Source: Eledone cirrhosa
Lineage: Eukaryota
Direction of reading: 5' to 3'
Length of the DNA: 64,000 bases
NCBI GenBank assembly: GCA_964016885.1
Contig: OZ024741.1
Span: 116,622,001-116,686,000 of the forward strand
Positions within the stretch are counted from its first letter, which is position 1. Each line of letters begins with the position of its first letter. Both the position numbers and the translations under genes were made by a program. The notes beneath the pieces are model-generated. The model was given only the letters and a program-made list of their open reading frames with translations. It had not been told where the DNA came from and did no database searches. Of this stretch, positions 11,401 to 20,889 are shown piece after piece.

Positions 11401-12384
11401 AAATGGAAAACACAGAAAAAACAAAGCAGGTAAAAGTAACTGCAAAGAAAGAACTGCTACAGAAACTGGCTAAGAAATGGCAAGAAAAGCCTCTGTATGG
11501 AAAATACCCAGAGCGAGCTAACAATCCTGATGTTGACAAAACTTTAACCCATCAGTGGTTGGCATCCTCTGGACTGAAATCGGAGACTGAAGGACTGATT
11601 ATATCAGCACAAGATCAGTGTCTGCCAACAAAAAATTACCAAGCCAACATAATAAAAAATGGGTGCAGCCCATTATGCCGTGTATGCAAAAAACAACCAG
11701 AGACCATTGACCATATAATTTCAATGTGCAGTCCTATAGCTCCAACCGAATACCTAAACAGGCATGACAGAGCTGCACAATACATACATTGGATAATGTG
11801 TAAGCATTTTGACCTGCCCCATCAAAAGAATTGGTGGGAGCATCAACCACCTCCCATACTTGAAAAAGATCACATCTCAATCTTGTGGAACTTTAGCATC
11901 CAAACAGACCGAAAAATAGATGCAAATAGACCTGATATAATATTGAAGGACTTTCAAAAGAGGGTATGCCTGCTAATTGATATGTCTGTTCCAATAGACA
12001 AGAATGTATCTATAAAAACATTTGAAAAATTGAGCAAGTATAAGGACCTGGAGATAGAAATTGGAAAAATGTGGAAATTGAGAACTAAAACAATACCAGT
12101 GGTTGTAGGCGCTCTGGGAATGATACCTAAGGGGTCTAATGATTACATATCGCAAATCCCAGGAAACCCGCGTATAGGAGAAATACAAAAGATAGTACTA
12201 ATGGGAACTGCCCATATACTAAGGAAGATTCTGTCAATATAAGTACATCACAAGTCTAAACACTAAAGATGCATGTGTGAATATGTATGTTCTTTCTTGA
12301 ACATGGCGGACCTTGTTGTCTCTTGAGGTCACTGGTTGTGACTTGGTGATAACTCGTATGAACATAAAGCAAGATAAATGCAAC

Positions 12385-12386
<2 letters not shown>
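8405..12386 (+). mobile_element. Full-length Dong/R4-clade RLE retrotransposon with (TAA)n tail
   Basis: Single ORF, short 3'UTR, (TAA)n at 12387-12423; 5' boundary approximate. Confidence 0.9.
8592..12242 (+). CDS. Dong/R4 polyprotein: Myb-like N-terminus, RT, CCHC finger, restriction-like endonuclease (1216 aa, intact)
   Basis: KWSREDN; WKSPGKD, YRPITCL, WIDYKKAFDS, GIFQGDSLSP, FYMDD, YKYLG; CRVC..ETIDHIISMC; RHD; RPDII..LLIDMSVP..KLSKY..IPVVVGALG. Confidence 0.95.
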   Translation: MSNDKISYRIGRHPGKKGPRPSERNQTGIEKSANGSNLPITSELETSHNRNTPTVGPPCSPPRNPKKKREKWSREDNKEVLEAFYTAMYYPSNTSNTEQTYINWKKKHPENRGYIDSNKLANIRRNIVRKKLLTDIEIDQIKLLAQSQRRENETCVSENEVNCNTSNPRVGAESLATEQIKESIEKVEGVHAQDETPNENNEIVNDKEMNENELANLKDEIMIEWMKMKESDMGQRDTLPKIQNSKHNQKIIHKTNIILKNIIITNKLNITDLNHLYYASAKVTTHLCGVKMKIQRNSHKKSTWQENINRQINLLRSDIEILTNYKVDEHVKQTKLRKLKKKYSIKSTWDIDMLIEIIKQKVSAKAARIRRFEKRSRFYKDNNMFKNNQRNFYRKIGKSTITAKSIPPKEEVQEFWEKIWAEEKVHNIHAPWIDRQMKDTAHLEEQIWENIAVEQLRLALRKTSKWKSPGKDKIQNFWINAFTESHELLAQLYNEIVKEPEKIPSWLVNGITFLLPKNDETNNPQNYRPITCLTTMYKILTSVLTEYTYDHLITNDLFPIEQKGCKRGSYGCKDQLLVNKMILEDCHNRHKNLSIAWIDYKKAFDSLPHSWIEKCLEIFKISPVVRRFLSFSMKRWKTTLLLNSETKSLEAGEVNINCGIFQGDSLSPLLFCIALIPLSKMLNETKHGYKVYDKTINHLFYMDDLKLFAKHDEQLQGLLSTVEQFSDDIKMEFGLDKCAKATFTRGKLLRSSDINLDRRNVIRELDQEKTYKYLGVCEGDGIKHSTMRERIRKECYRRVRAILRTELNARNRIDAINTLAIPVVTYSYNVINWSSTEIRRLDTKIRKFLTMHRMHHPKADIDRIYLPRKEGGRGLIQLDFALKTATIGLSTYLRESHDWMIKLVLKHESIKRSYSITKDAQRYSNGLQISEVPFTAEMENTEKTKQVKVTAKKELLQKLAKKWQEKPLYGKYPERANNPDVDKTLTHQWLASSGLKSETEGLIISAQDQCLPTKNYQANIIKNGCSPLCRVCKKQPETIDHIISMCSPIAPTEYLNRHDRAAQYIHWIMCKHFDLPHQKNWWEHQPPPILEKDHISILWNFSIQTDRKIDANRPDIILKDFQKRVCLLIDMSVPIDKNVSIKTFEKLSKYKDLEIEIGKMWKLRTKTIPVVVGALGMIPKGSNDYISQIPGNPRIGEIQKIVLMGTAHILRKILSI

Positions 12387-12423
<37 letters not shown>

Positions 12424-12424
<1 letters not shown>

Positions 12425-15400
12425 CCACACAAAAGTCATGTGGAGTGACGAAACCACCGGAGACAAGTAATTCACCGGTGGTTATGTAACCATACATTCG
12501 CCAATCCTCGATAAGAGTGTTTAAATGTCGAACCTAAACAGTTCGAATAACGGTGAAATGGAGACTAGAATGTCATGTGACAGACTCTCACCCAACAGGT
12601 GCTCCCTGGCTCAGCAGCAGGGACCTGGCTGTCAACCAAATACTGCTGGTGTCGGTGGAAGAAGAAGAAGGAAAGGGACCAGAACCAACTGGACGAAAGA
12701 ATTGAATAGAACTGTTATGCAATGTTACCTGAAGAGTAACCCCAAGGAGAAAGGCTATAGGAAACGGATGCATAACATCTGGAACGAGATTGGTCTATTT
12801 AAATTAGATGAACAAAAACTGGCCGGGCAGGCTCGGGTAATAAGAACTAATGGGTGGATAAGCGAGCTGGAACTGGAGGAACTGAGCAGAGAGATTAGCT
12901 TGGAGATGGAGGGTGGAGTATGCCAGGCAAACGAGCCAGTGGGAAATCAAGGTGAAGAGGTCGAGAGAACGGAGGAACCACCCGAAACAGACAACGATCT
13001 GAATGCTGAGATAAATAATACCTGGAACAGAGATACGGCCACTGAGGAGATGAATGCTGACGGGCTAGGACAAGATTTGGTAGATATCCTAAACTTAGTG
13101 GTAGATGAATTGAACAATGATAGTGGGAGACCTATGAACCTAAGATTTGTAGACAGGAAAAAGTTAAAAGAAACAACAGCTAAGGTAAACAAAGTCATCT
13201 CATACGAGGGAAATGAGAAATGACATTGGAAAGCTTGAGTCCCTACTGAATGTGACACTAAAAAACATAGACACTAAAAATAGACTGGAAATAAAGTACA
13301 AAACTAGGAGGAAAAATCTAAATATTAACATAGAGGAACTGAAGCAACGCATTGTAGCAAAGAGTGCAAAAATCAGGCGATACGAGAACAGAGTCAGCCA
13401 GTATAGACAGAACCGCATGTTCGACAACAACCAGAAGATGCTGTTTGGACAGCTTGAAGGGAAGGAAAGAGGCAACGACTTGATCCCTGAGGCGGAACAA
13501 ACTAAAACATTCTGGAGAGGAATATGGGAGCAGGATGTTAAACATAATGACCAGGCAGTGTGGATTGAGACAGTACAGAAGGAGATCAGTCAACAGGCAC
13601 GCCAACAAACTGATTTGAGTATCACAGTTGAAACTCTTAAGGGGCAGGCCAAAAAACTAACCAAATGGAAATCACCTGGCCCAGATGGTGTGCAGGGGTA
13701 TTGGATTAAAAACATAACATCCCTCCACCCGAAACTGACAACCATGTTCAATGACTGCTTGATGTCAGGTGAGGTACCAGAGTGGTTGACAAAGGGTACC
13801 ACAGTTCTGATAATGAAAGACCGAATCAAGGGTAATGATGTTACCAACTATAGACCTATCACATGTCTGTCCGTAATGTGGAAACTGTTGACAAGCATTA
13901 TGTCTGAGGAAATCTACCATCACCTCTACACAAACAACTTGTTACCGGACGAACAGAAAGGATGCCGAAAGAAGTCACGTGGTACAAAGGACCAGTTACT
14001 TATTGATAAGATGGTAATGAGGAATTGCAAGAGGAGACACACTGGTCTTGCCATGGGATGGATAGACTACAAAAAGGCATTTGACATGGTGCCTCATTCT
14101 AGGATCACCAAAAGCCTGGAGACCTTCAAGGTGGCAGATAACATCAGGCAGTTGTTGGGCAAAAGTATGAAGTCCTGGGAAACAGAGTTAACATCAACTG
14201 GAGAATCCTTGGGAAGCGTGAAGATCAAGAGAGGTATCTTCCAGGGAGATAGTGTGTCCCCTCTGTTGTTTGTCCTTGCCCTGATGCCCCTGACCATTAT
14301 ACTGCAAAAAGTGAGAGCAGGATACAGGTTGGGAAAGGGAGGGCTTACCATCAATCACCTCCTCTTCATGGACGATCTTAAGCTCTTCGGGAAGAGTGAG
14401 AAGGAGTTGGATGTGCTTGTTGACACTGTCCGTATTTTCAGCAATGATATATGTATGCAATTTGGTATTAGTAAGTGTGGAGTCATTGTGATGAGGAGGG
14501 GTAAGTTGAGCAGAAGTCACGGAATCCAGATACCAACAGGTGAGATGATAAAAGAAATTGACTCTGAAGAAGGATACAAGTATTTGGGCGTTCTGGAGGC
14601 TGATGACATCAAGAACAAAAAAATGAAGGAATTGATAAGAACTGAATACCTTCGGAGAGTAAGGAGCGTATTAAAGTCACATCTGAACAGTAGGAATGCC
14701 ATAAGTGCAGTAAATTCCCGAGCTGTGTCTATTATTAGGTACAGTGCGGGAACTCTGAGATGGAATGTTGCTGAACAAAAAGAAATGGATAGGAAGACTA
14801 GGAAGCTATTGACTATCTACAATATGTTCCACAAGAGGAGTGATGTCGATAGGCTCTACTTAAGGAGATCTGAGGGTGGAAGAGGTCTTATCAGCATAGA
14901 GGACTGTGTTCAGATGGAGAAAAACAACCTACACAAATACGTGACTGATAGTAAGGAGCCAATGCTCAGAACTGTACTGAAGGAGGGGACAATAGGCCAG
15001 GGGATGTCCAAGGAGGAAATAACATCAAGGAGAAAGAGCAGCCTTCAGGAAAAATCCCTTCATAGTACCTTCTTTGAGAAAACTGAATTTAGAGATCCAC
15101 AGACATGGAACTGGTTGAAAAGAGGAGACCTTAAACAGGCTACAGAAGGAATGTTAATGGCTGCGCAGGAGCAGGCCCTCAAAACGAAGTGGTTGAAACA
15201 CCACATTTACAAGGAGGAGGTTAGCCCACTGTGCAGGATCTGTGGAGAGAGAGAGGAGACTGTGGCTCACATTGTATCCGAGTGTAAACACCTAGCCCAG
15301 ACTCACTATAAGGGCTGGAGACATGATGTGATGGACAGGGTGATCCACTGGCACCTATGCAAAGTAAACAATTTACCACATTCTGAGAAGTGGTATGAGC

Positions 15401-15880
15401 ATAAGCCAGAGGTGGTGATAGAAAACGATCAGGTGAAGGTGCTGTGGGATTTTAGGATACAGACGGACAAGAAACTGGAACACAATAGACCTGACCTGGT
15501 GGTTTTGGACAAAGAAAAAAAATCGTGCCTGATTGTGGATGTGGCCTGCCCATTCGACACGAGAGTGCAAGAGAAGGAGAGGGAGAAAATTAACCGATAC
15601 CAGGACTTAAAGTGGGAGGTAAAAAGGATTTGGAACTGCCATGAAGTCAAAGTGGTCCCGATTGTCATAGGCGCACTAGGGACTATCTCAAATAGTTTCC
15701 AGGGATGGTTAAAGAAAATTGGCCCCTTCACGCTTTTTGGAACGCTTCAAAAGGCATGCTTGCTGGGAACAACAAGAACCCTCCGATACGTCCTGAATAT
15801 CTGAGGCTGCAGGTAGTGGCTTGATATTCATCTCAACAAACTTTCCAGTTAAATAACATCAATGACTGAGACTCAAAGAG
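12424..15880 (+). mobile_element. Second Dong/R4 element (different subfamily), near full length, (TAA)n on both sides
   Basis: Starts at the edge of the first element's (TAA)n tail; ends in (TAA)n at 15881-15920. Confidence 0.9.
12525..15804 (+). pseudogene. Dong/R4 ORF broken by a frameshift with apparent internal deletion near 13210
   Basis: ORFs 12525-13223 (RTNWTKELN..CY Myb-like) and 13213-15804 (RT LFMDD, CRIC..H..C, RPDLVV) overlap in different frames; a segment present in the 8592 ORF is missing at the junction. Confidence 0.85.
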
Positions 15881-15890
15881 TAATAATAAC

Positions 15891-15920
<30 letters not shown>

Positions 15921-15922
<2 letters not shown>

Positions 15923-16327
15923 TTTCTTTATTGGCCACAAGGGCTGACATCAAGAAAAACATTACAGACGGCACAGGACGGTACAGGACGGTACAGGACG
16001 GTACAGGACGGTACGATGTGGGTTTTGCGCGTGTAAAGATTTTTATTATTTATATAAGAAAATGAAAATTGAAACAATGAAAAATTCCCTAATAGGGGGG
16101 AAACCTCCGAGGGTTACTCGTGGAGAAAACCACACAAAAGACCACGGCCACCCTGACAACCAGGGCAAGCGCCCTCTCTCAATTTTTCCATTTCTCAAAC
16201 TACAGACGTATATTCAGAGCGGTCCCGTTCACTCGGACCATTCTCGCTACATTCACCCACCTTTCAACAAACTTGCTAGAAGGCAGCACTTGTCTCTCCA
16301 CCCTGATTTTCCTCTTCAAGTGAAACT

Positions 16328-16331
<4 letters not shown>
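15921..16331 (-). mobile_element. 5'-truncated 3' end of a diverged Tx1 subfamily in a (TAA)n array
   Basis: Reverse complement encodes FHLKRKIRVERQVLPSSKFVERW-like ORF2 C-terminus and ends CCTTGTGGCCAATAAAGAAATC(ATT)n. Confidence 0.85.
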
Positions 16332-16357
<26 letters not shown>

Positions 16358-16359
<2 letters not shown>

Positions 16360-16467
16360 TGTTTCTACTATTGCCACAAGGCCAGAAATTACCCAGTACA
16401 TTACTGGTACTTTATTTTATCGACCCCGTAAGGATGAAAGGCAAAGTTAACCTCGGCGGGATTTGAA
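16358..16467 (-). mobile_element. 5'-truncated SINE (Meta-like domain family) in a (TAA)n array
   Basis: Matches the 3' part of 17091-17280. Confidence 0.85.
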
Positions 16468-17090
16468 TAATAATAATAATAATAATAATAATTATTATAT
16501 ATATATATTTGTGTGTGTGTGTGTCATATTGACACCACTTATAAAGCCTGCAGTGACAGTTGTTTAGATACCCTGTCAACAATACGTCTTGCAGTGTAAT
16601 CATTTGAAAAGGTGCCAGCAACATTATACTAGTACTTAGAATAAAGAATGTGTCGGCATTGTGAAGGGCATCCAACCATAGAAAACCTTGCCAGAAAAGG
16701 ATCTCACCTGACCCATGCAAGCATTTAAAAATGGATATAAAGAAATGATATATATATATTCAAGATTTTCTATTTTTAGTTTCTGCAAGTCTTACTTCTG
16801 ATCATATCATTTAAACATGCGGATTTTATTAAACATAACAACATCACCTGAAAAACAGAAGCAGATGATGTAGAATTTATCTTAACCTAATTATATAATG
16901 TTCAGCACACACCTTGTTTCAACTGTACCTCACTGGTATGTCTGATAATATTTACTGCTGCTGTTACTGGAGTTATTTTCAGCACCCTAGATTGTGGGGA
17001 TCCTTCTAATTCAATCTCTCACATTTCATGGTTACCTACCTATCTATCTACCTACCTACAGTACCATACCTTTCTACCTGTGATTATTTA

Positions 17091-17280
17091 CGGTGGATTG
17101 GCAGTATTGGTAGAGGGTCGGGCGCCATACTTTGAAGCATAGAGTTACCTCCCTTTATGATCTGAGTTCAAATCCCGCCGAGGTTAACTTTGCCTTTCAT
17201 CCTTATGGGGTCGATAAAATAAAGTACCAGTAATGCACTGGGATAATTGCTGGCCTGGTGCCAAAAGTAGAAACAATTAT
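17091..17280 (+). mobile_element. tRNA-derived SINE family 2 (Meta-like domain, ATT-repeat tail), full copy
   Basis: GGTGGATTGGCAG head, B-box GAGTTCAAATC, GAGGTTAACTTTGCCTTTCATCC domain, tail GGCCT(T/G)GTGCCAAAAGTAGAAACAATTATT; TSD ATTATTTAC. Other copies at about 33190, 34200, 46315, 46500, 50170, 51195, 51980, 56400, 57600, 59140, 62675, 63640. Confidence 0.85.
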
Positions 17281-17355
17281 TTACCAGATTTTTAGTAATG
17301 TACAGTAAGAACAATTTTAGGGGAATAAGACTCCAAAAAAATGTTGAATGTGTGC

Positions 17356-17393
<38 letters not shown>

Positions 17394-17394
17394 T

Positions 17395-20300
17395 TCGTCC
17401 GCGGATGGCTAACATAACCCTATCTCCTCCCGCCCCCCACCACCCCCACCCTCCAAACGCAACCCAAAACTTCAGAGTTGGTACCATAAATGTAGGCACC
17501 CTAAAGGGTCGCGCTGACGAGGTTGTAGAAATGCTTGAACGTAAGGAGGTCGATGTTTGTTGTATTCAAGAGACCAGGTGGAGGGGTGGGTCTGCTAGAT
17601 TCATTGAGGGTAAAAAACGATGTTATAAGCTTTTCTGGGTGGGAAACGACGATGGGCTGGGTGGAGTAGGAATCATGGTAGCAGAAAAGTGGGCAGATAA
17701 GATAATAGACGTAAATAGAGTGAACGACAGAATAATTAAAATAAGACTTGTCCTCAATAGAACTACGGTGACAGTAATATCTGCGTACGCACCCCAATCC
17801 GGACTGCCCGGCACTATAAAAGACAGATTCTATGAGACACTGTTGCTAACTACCTCCCAAATATCTGACAGTGACTATATAATTATTGCAGGCGACCTAA
17901 ATGGTCACGTTGGACAACATTGTGACGGCTACGACGAAATCCATGGAGGCTATGGGTTTGGTACTAGAAATGAGGAAGGCTCCAGAATCCTGGAATACTG
18001 TGATGCAAATAACCTAACTATCTGTAACACTAACTTCAAAAAACGTGACAATCACCTGATTACCTATAGATCCGGGGAACACACAAGCCAGGTAGATTAT
18101 ATCCTTACCAGAAGACGTGACAGAGTGTCTGTTGTAAACACTAAATCCCTCCCCCATGAAGAATGCACCTCCCAACATAGACTGATAATTAGCGACCTCA
18201 TAGTCAGGACGAGACGTACCCGGCAGCAGAAGAGGACTATCCTCAGGAGGAAAATATGGAAACTAAAGGACCCCACAGCCAGAAATAAATTTCAAAGCAT
18301 ATTACTTGATGCTTTCGACAGTAAGGAAGAGCATCTAGAATCGGACAATATAGAGGGACAGTGGAAATTTCTGAAAGCAAACCTGCTGTTGGCGACAGAC
18401 GAAGTCTGTGGCTGGAGCAGGCCTGTAGGCAGGAGGAGAGTAACATGGTGGTGGAACAATAGGGTGGAGGGGTCAATTAAGGCCAAAAAGCAGGCTTGGA
18501 AAGTATGGCGGGATGGGGGAAGTAGAGTAGACTATCAAGTGGCCAGGAGGGAAGCTAGGAGAGAAGTGTACTTAGCAAGAAGGGAAGCTGAGGAAAGAAA
18601 GTTCAAGCATGTTCTACAACGCGATGACCAAAAACGTGAGGTGTTCAGGATTGCCAGGCAATGCGTCAAGGAAAACCGTGATATTGTCGGGGAGAAGTGT
18701 GTACTTAACGATGATGGCATACTTGCCATCACCGACACTGATAAGAAGGTAGCTTGGAAGTGTCACTATGAAAGGCTACTAAATGAGGAGAATAAATGGG
18801 AGAAAGACAGTCTCCCCCATATCGACCCGATAGAGGGACCAGCAGTGTTAGTCGAGGGGAGTATAATAAGTAAGGCAATCAAGGATATGAAGACTGGTAA
18901 GGCGGCTGGGCCTTCGGAAATAGTTGCTGAGATGCTGAAGGCATCTGGCACGGTGGGACACACCATGGTCACCCGCATAGTTAACCAAGTCGTACAGAAT
19001 GGGGTTGTTCCGAAGGACTGGCATAGCAGCATCATCGTTAACTGTTATAAGGGTAAAGGAGACGCCCTAGATAGGAGTAACTATAGAGGCATTAAATTAA
19101 TCGACCAGGTCATGAAGGTCACGGAAAAAGTAATAGCGCAACTAATCAGAGAGAGAATTGATCTAGATGAAATGCAGTTCGGGTTTGTGTCAGGCAAAAG
19201 CACCACAGACGCTCTTTTCATAGTACGACAACTACAGGAGAAGTACCTAGCTAAAGGTAAACCCCTCTACTTAGCTTTTGTCGACCTGGAGAAAGCCTTC
19301 GACAGAGTCCCCCGCTCCATTATCTGGTGGGCTCTTAGAAAACTAGGCGTTGACGAATGGCTTGTGAGGGCTATACAAGCCATGTATAAAGAAACAGTCA
19401 GCAAGGTTAGAATTAACAACGAATATAGTGAAGAGTTTAGCGTAAAAGTTGGCGTCCATCAGGGCTCTGTTCTCAGCCCCCTACTATTTATTATTGCCCT
19501 TCAGGCTATAACAGAGGAGTTCAAGACAGGCTGCCCATGGGAACTCCTATACGCAGACGACCTGACACTCATAGCGGAATCAATGGCCGAGCTAGAGAAG
19601 AAATTCCAAACATGGAAGCACGGCCTAGAGTCAAAAGGACTTAAAATTAACCTGGCTAAGACCAAAGTTCTAGTTTGTAGGAAAGAAAACAAGGCGGCGG
19701 TCCCTTCTGGGAAATGGTCGTGCTCGGTATGTAGGAAAGGCGTAGGTAGAAACTCCATCTTATGTCCTAAATGCAAAGTATGGGTGCATAAAAGATGTAG
19801 TGGGATCACAGGTAAGCTAACTAAGAACATAGACTTTACATGTGGCCGGTGTTCTGGTGCAATAAGTAGCAGCAAGTGCCCACAAAATACTAGCTCTTTC
19901 AATTGCGCAGAGGGTTCTATAGAAATAGTGGACAGCTTCCGTTACCTGGGCGATAAAATCAGCAGTGGGGGAGGGTGCTCTGAAAGTACTGTAGCTAGAG
20001 TCAGAACTGGTTGGAAAAAGTTCAGAGAGCTTATACCACTATTAGCTGCTAAAGGGTTCTCCCTAAAAATGAAAGGCAGGTTGTACGATGCCTGCATACG
20101 AACAGCAATGCTACATGGCAGTGAGACCTGGGCATTGTGTGCAGAGGATATACGCAGACTAGAGAGGAACGAAGCTTGCATGCTCCGCTGGATGTGTAAC
20201 AGTAATATACGTGAACGGCAAAGCATAAACGAACTAAGGAAAAAATTAGAGATAAGAGGGATCAGATGTTGTTTACTCGAGAGAAGGCTGCGTTGGTATG

Positions 20301-20875
20301 GACACGTGATGCGCATGAAAGTCGATAGCTGTATTACAAAGTGCAGGGCAATAAAGATAGACGGTAGCCACGGAATAGGCAGACCTAGAAAAACATGGGA
20401 TGAGCTGATAAACTCCGACCTCACACACTTACACCTCTCCAAGACAATGTCACTGGACCGTGACCTTTGGCGGTACTCAGTAACAGAGAAGACCCGCCTT
20501 GCCAGTAGGCATCTCTAACAAACTACACCCCGTCCCGCCACCACCCCCACCCCATCCACACCACCCCGTTCCATGTAAAGTTATGTTGGTGCCGCGCCTT
20601 CCAGGCCGAAACAAACGAGATCGTGTAGGTGTCACGACAAAAAAACACACAGTCCACGCTGTAATATGGCCGTGTAGGCAACACGGTAAAAACCTCCCAG
20701 ACCCACACTGTAAATGTGGTTGGTGTTAGGAAGGGCATCCAACTGTAGAAAACCTGCCAGACAGTCCTATGCGAGCAAGACAATCACTCTTGCCTCAAGT
20801 GGGACTACCCCCGTCCAAACCCATGCAAGCGCGGAACACGGACGTTAAACGTTGATGATGATGATGATGATGATA
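17395..20875 (+). mobile_element. RTE-clade LINE (subfamily A) with intact ORF, about 350-nt 3'UTR and (GAT)n tail; 5'UTR probably truncated
   Basis: Begins at a (TA)n edge; tail CCCATGCAAGCGCGGAACACGGACGTTAAACG(TGA)n. Confidence 0.9.
17405..20518 (+). CDS. RTE ORF: APE + RT with internal PHD-like Cys4-His-Cys finger
   Basis: GTINVGTL, IQETRW, SAYAPQ, GDLNGHVG, VDYIL, SQH; WWWN; GKAAGPS, NYRGIKL, DLEKAFDRV, GVHQGSVLSP, LYADD, FRYLG, LRWYGHV, GRPRKTW; first ATG inside the element at 17405. Confidence 0.93.
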   Translation: MANITLSPPAPHHPHPPNATQNFRVGTINVGTLKGRADEVVEMLERKEVDVCCIQETRWRGGSARFIEGKKRCYKLFWVGNDDGLGGVGIMVAEKWADKIIDVNRVNDRIIKIRLVLNRTTVTVISAYAPQSGLPGTIKDRFYETLLLTTSQISDSDYIIIAGDLNGHVGQHCDGYDEIHGGYGFGTRNEEGSRILEYCDANNLTICNTNFKKRDNHLITYRSGEHTSQVDYILTRRRDRVSVVNTKSLPHEECTSQHRLIISDLIVRTRRTRQQKRTILRRKIWKLKDPTARNKFQSILLDAFDSKEEHLESDNIEGQWKFLKANLLLATDEVCGWSRPVGRRRVTWWWNNRVEGSIKAKKQAWKVWRDGGSRVDYQVARREARREVYLARREAEERKFKHVLQRDDQKREVFRIARQCVKENRDIVGEKCVLNDDGILAITDTDKKVAWKCHYERLLNEENKWEKDSLPHIDPIEGPAVLVEGSIISKAIKDMKTGKAAGPSEIVAEMLKASGTVGHTMVTRIVNQVVQNGVVPKDWHSSIIVNCYKGKGDALDRSNYRGIKLIDQVMKVTEKVIAQLIRERIDLDEMQFGFVSGKSTTDALFIVRQLQEKYLAKGKPLYLAFVDLEKAFDRVPRSIIWWALRKLGVDEWLVRAIQAMYKETVSKVRINNEYSEEFSVKVGVHQGSVLSPLLFIIALQAITEEFKTGCPWELLYADDLTLIAESMAELEKKFQTWKHGLESKGLKINLAKTKVLVCRKENKAAVPSGKWSCSVCRKGVGRNSILCPKCKVWVHKRCSGITGKLTKNIDFTCGRCSGAISSSKCPQNTSSFNCAEGSIEIVDSFRYLGDKISSGGGCSESTVARVRTGWKKFRELIPLLAAKGFSLKMKGRLYDACIRTAMLHGSETWALCAEDIRRLERNEACMLRWMCNSNIRERQSINELRKKLEIRGIRCCLLERRLRWYGHVMRMKVDSCITKCRAIKIDGSHGIGRPRKTWDELINSDLTHLHLSKTMSLDRDLWRYSVTEKTRLASRHL

Positions 20876-20889
20876 TATATATATAAATA

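Noticed and set aside
13200-13225. Programmed frameshift between the two Dong2 ORFs
   Set aside because: Comparison with the single intact Dong1 ORF indicates a deletion; no slippery heptamer
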